64,000 nt of DNA from Candidatus Freyarchaeum deiterrae (GTDB lineage: Archaea; Asgardarchaeota; Jordiarchaeia; Jordiarchaeales; Jordiarchaeaceae): NCBI GenBank assembly GCA_037305845.1, contig CP147778.1, positions 1,440,001 to 1,504,000 of the forward strand, written 5' to 3'. Below are positions 62,068-64,000 of the stretch, piece by piece; the stretch's first letter is position 1; every line of letters starts with the position of its first letter. The position numbers were made by a program, and so were the translations under genes. The notes under the pieces were generated by a model, which did not search any database, was not told where the DNA came from, and was given only the letters and a program-made list of their open reading frames with translations.

Positions 62068-64000
62068 ATGGAACCTGTGCACTATAAAATACATCTGGAA
62101 CCTGATCTTGATAGTTTTACTTTTCAGGGAGCAACAGATATTGAAATAACGGCTGAAAATTCAGTTGACCGAATTATTTTAAACGCAAACGATTTAGATT
62201 TGCAGAGTTGTAAAGTTAAAAAAGGCGAGGAATATCTTGAATGCATTTTTTCTTTTGATTCGAAAAATGAGGAAGTTACCATTAATCTCCCCAGAAAAAT
62301 GGAAGGTTCTATTGAGCTAACGATTGATTATGTAGGTAATATAAATGATTTAATGGCCGGGTTTTATCGAAGTAAATATGAACAAGATGGACAAGCTAAA
62401 TACATAGCAGTCACACAATTCGAAGAGAGAGAAGCTCGCAGAGCATTTCCCTGCTTCGACCATCCTTTAAAAAAAGCTACTTTCGATGTCGAGTTTGTTA
62501 TCGATGAAAATTTGAAAGGAATTGCAAACACCGCCATAGTTGAAGAGAGGAAATTGGGTAACGGAAAGAAATTGGTACGTTTTGAACGGACACCAAAAAT
62601 GTCCACTTACCTACTTTTCTTCGGTGTTGGAGATTTTGAATTCATTGAAGATTCTTCTGCCAGACCGGTCGTTAGAGTAGCGACGACCCCGGGAAAAACC
62701 CAATATGGTAATTTTGGGCTGCAAATGGGCCGCAAGTCTCTAAAATTTGGCGAAGAATACACCGGCTTTGAATTCCCAATTTCGAAGTGCGACTATATCG
62801 CCGTCCCTGATTTTGCCTTCGGAGCCATGGAGAATTATGGAGCTATCACATTTCGTGAAAACGCCCTCCTAGTATATCCGGGGGTAACCTCTAAACCAGC
62901 TATAGCGAGAATAGCATCAGTAATCGCCCATGAAACCGCCCACATGTGGTTTGGGGACCTCGTAAGTCCAGCAGAGTGGAAATACGTCTGGTTGAATGAA
63001 TCCTTTGCATCATACTTCACGTACACCATTGTTGATAACTATTATCCGGAATGGTCAGTGTGGAATATGTTTGTTGCTGATGAAACGGTCACCGGTCTTG
63101 AAAGAGACTCGCTAGTTGAAACCATGCCGCTAGAGCTGCCAAGCGATGTGGAAGTACGTATTGACGAAGCGAATGCAGATATAATTTATGAGAAGGGGGC
63201 CTCAATCCTCCGCATGCTGGTAGGGTACCTCGGAGAAGAGAAATTCAGAAAAGGCATCCAATACTTTTTAAATAAGCATAAATTCGCCTGTGCGACATCT
63301 CAGGAATTTTGGGCGGCTATTGAAGAAGCTACAGGTGAACCCATAAATGAATTCGCCGAAAGCTGGGTTTATCAATCCGGTTACCCAATCGTCGAAGTGA
63401 AAAGAAAGAGCAATGAACTAATTCTCACCCAGCAAATATTTACGTTCATCCATCAAAACTTAGATAAATCTTGGTTAATTCCGATTAATATATTATTAAT
63501 CCTGAAAAACGGAAAGACAAAGATAATCAACACACTTTTTAAAGGGGAAACAACAAGTGTCCCAATTCCAGAGAACGTAGTTGCTTTCAAAGTAAACACC
63601 GAGCAAACCGGCTTTTACCGAGTCAAATACGAAAAAGAAATGCTAAACAAACTTGGACAACTGGTAAAACAGAAAAAATTATCCGAAATGGACAGCTTCG
63701 GCTTGGAAAACGACCTCTACGCCCTAGTTCAAAGAGGAGACTACTCACTAAGAGACTATCTAGATTTTCTCGAAAAGTACTTCAAACAAGAAGACAGATT
63801 CCTACCACTACTAGATATTTCCCAAAATCTAAAGGAAGCACACCAGGTAGTTGAATCCAAGAGAGAACAAATAAGCAGCCTTGGAAGAAAACTATTTGAA
63901 AACGCCCTCAAAAAGATTGGCTTCGAACCCAAAGACGACGACGGACTACAAGTTTCCACAATCAGAGACATTCTTATCTGGACCGCTTTCACCTTCGACT
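62068..64000 (+). CDS. M1-family zinc aminopeptidase (partial, runs off window)
   Basis: Manual translation: TQFE...ARRAFPCFD, GAMEN, HETAH..WFG...WLNE, IYEKGA. Confidence 0.95.
   Translation, partial: MEPVHYKIHLEPDLDSFTFQGATDIEITAENSVDRIILNANDLDLQSCKVKKGEEYLECIFSFDSKNEEVTINLPRKMEGSIELTIDYVGNINDLMAGFYRSKYEQDGQAKYIAVTQFEEREARRAFPCFDHPLKKATFDVEFVIDENLKGIANTAIVEERKLGNGKKLVRFERTPKMSTYLLFFGVGDFEFIEDSSARPVVRVATTPGKTQYGNFGLQMGRKSLKFGEEYTGFEFPISKCDYIAVPDFAFGAMENYGAITFRENALLVYPGVTSKPAIARIASVIAHETAHMWFGDLVSPAEWKYVWLNESFASYFTYTIVDNYYPEWSVWNMFVADETVTGLERDSLVETMPLELPSDVEVRIDEANADIIYEKGASILRMLVGYLGEEKFRKGIQYFLNKHKFACATSQEFWAAIEEATGEPINEFAESWVYQSGYPIVEVKRKSNELILTQQIFTFIHQNLDKSWLIPINILLILKNGKTKIINTLFKGETTSVPIPENVVAFKVNTEQTGFYRVKYEKEMLNKLGQLVKQKKLSEMDSFGLENDLYALVQRGDYSLRDYLDFLEKYFKQEDRFLPLLDISQNLKEAHQVVESKREQISSLGRKLFENALKKIGFEPKDDDGLQVSTIRDILIWTAFTFD

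Noticed and set aside
624-63992. Many short antisense or alternate-frame ORFs in the track (e.g. 36372-37169 +, 50031-50576 +, 62364-62606 -)
   Set aside because: Shadows of well-identified genes on the opposite strand or frame.

Overview
Core chromosomal region of an archaeon. It is TACK/Asgard-like by inference only, from SmAP3-type Lsm, split rpoA'/A'' and GatDE. It holds the shikimate/aromatic cluster (aroD-aroE-aroK-aroA-aroC, chorismate mutase, tyrA), rtcB, aIF5B, nadC, thiI, S12/S7, rpoA'/A''-L30e-nusA, glmS, gatDE, elp3, L7Ae, mevalonate-pathway genes, the alpha and S10/spc ribosomal clusters with secY/adk/cbf5, two tRNA genes and a partial M1 aminopeptidase. Main result: ten short (12-32 nt) bulge-helix-bulge (BHB) introns can be read directly from the sequence. 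Six are in two triple-intron tRNAs, Ser(GGA) and Pro(TGG). Four interrupt protein-coding genes: cbf5 (the known crenarchaeal case), rtcB (the splicing ligase itself), gatE and a small CxxC protein. Each mRNA intron carries a stop codon in the exon-1 frame. Cutting after the 2nd nucleotide of each 3-nt bulge restores the frame in all four and the conserved motif in the three known genes, which points to a tRNA-endonuclease/RtcB-dependent mRNA splicing system. Secondary observations: an abrupt codon-third-position skew flip inside aIF5B, two local inversions in ribosomal operons, an A8 frameshift in mvk, a K-turn-like L7Ae leader, and extended SecY, DUF106 and L32e proteins. No CRISPR array or transposase was seen. 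All calls come from motif recognition and manual folding; no searches were run.
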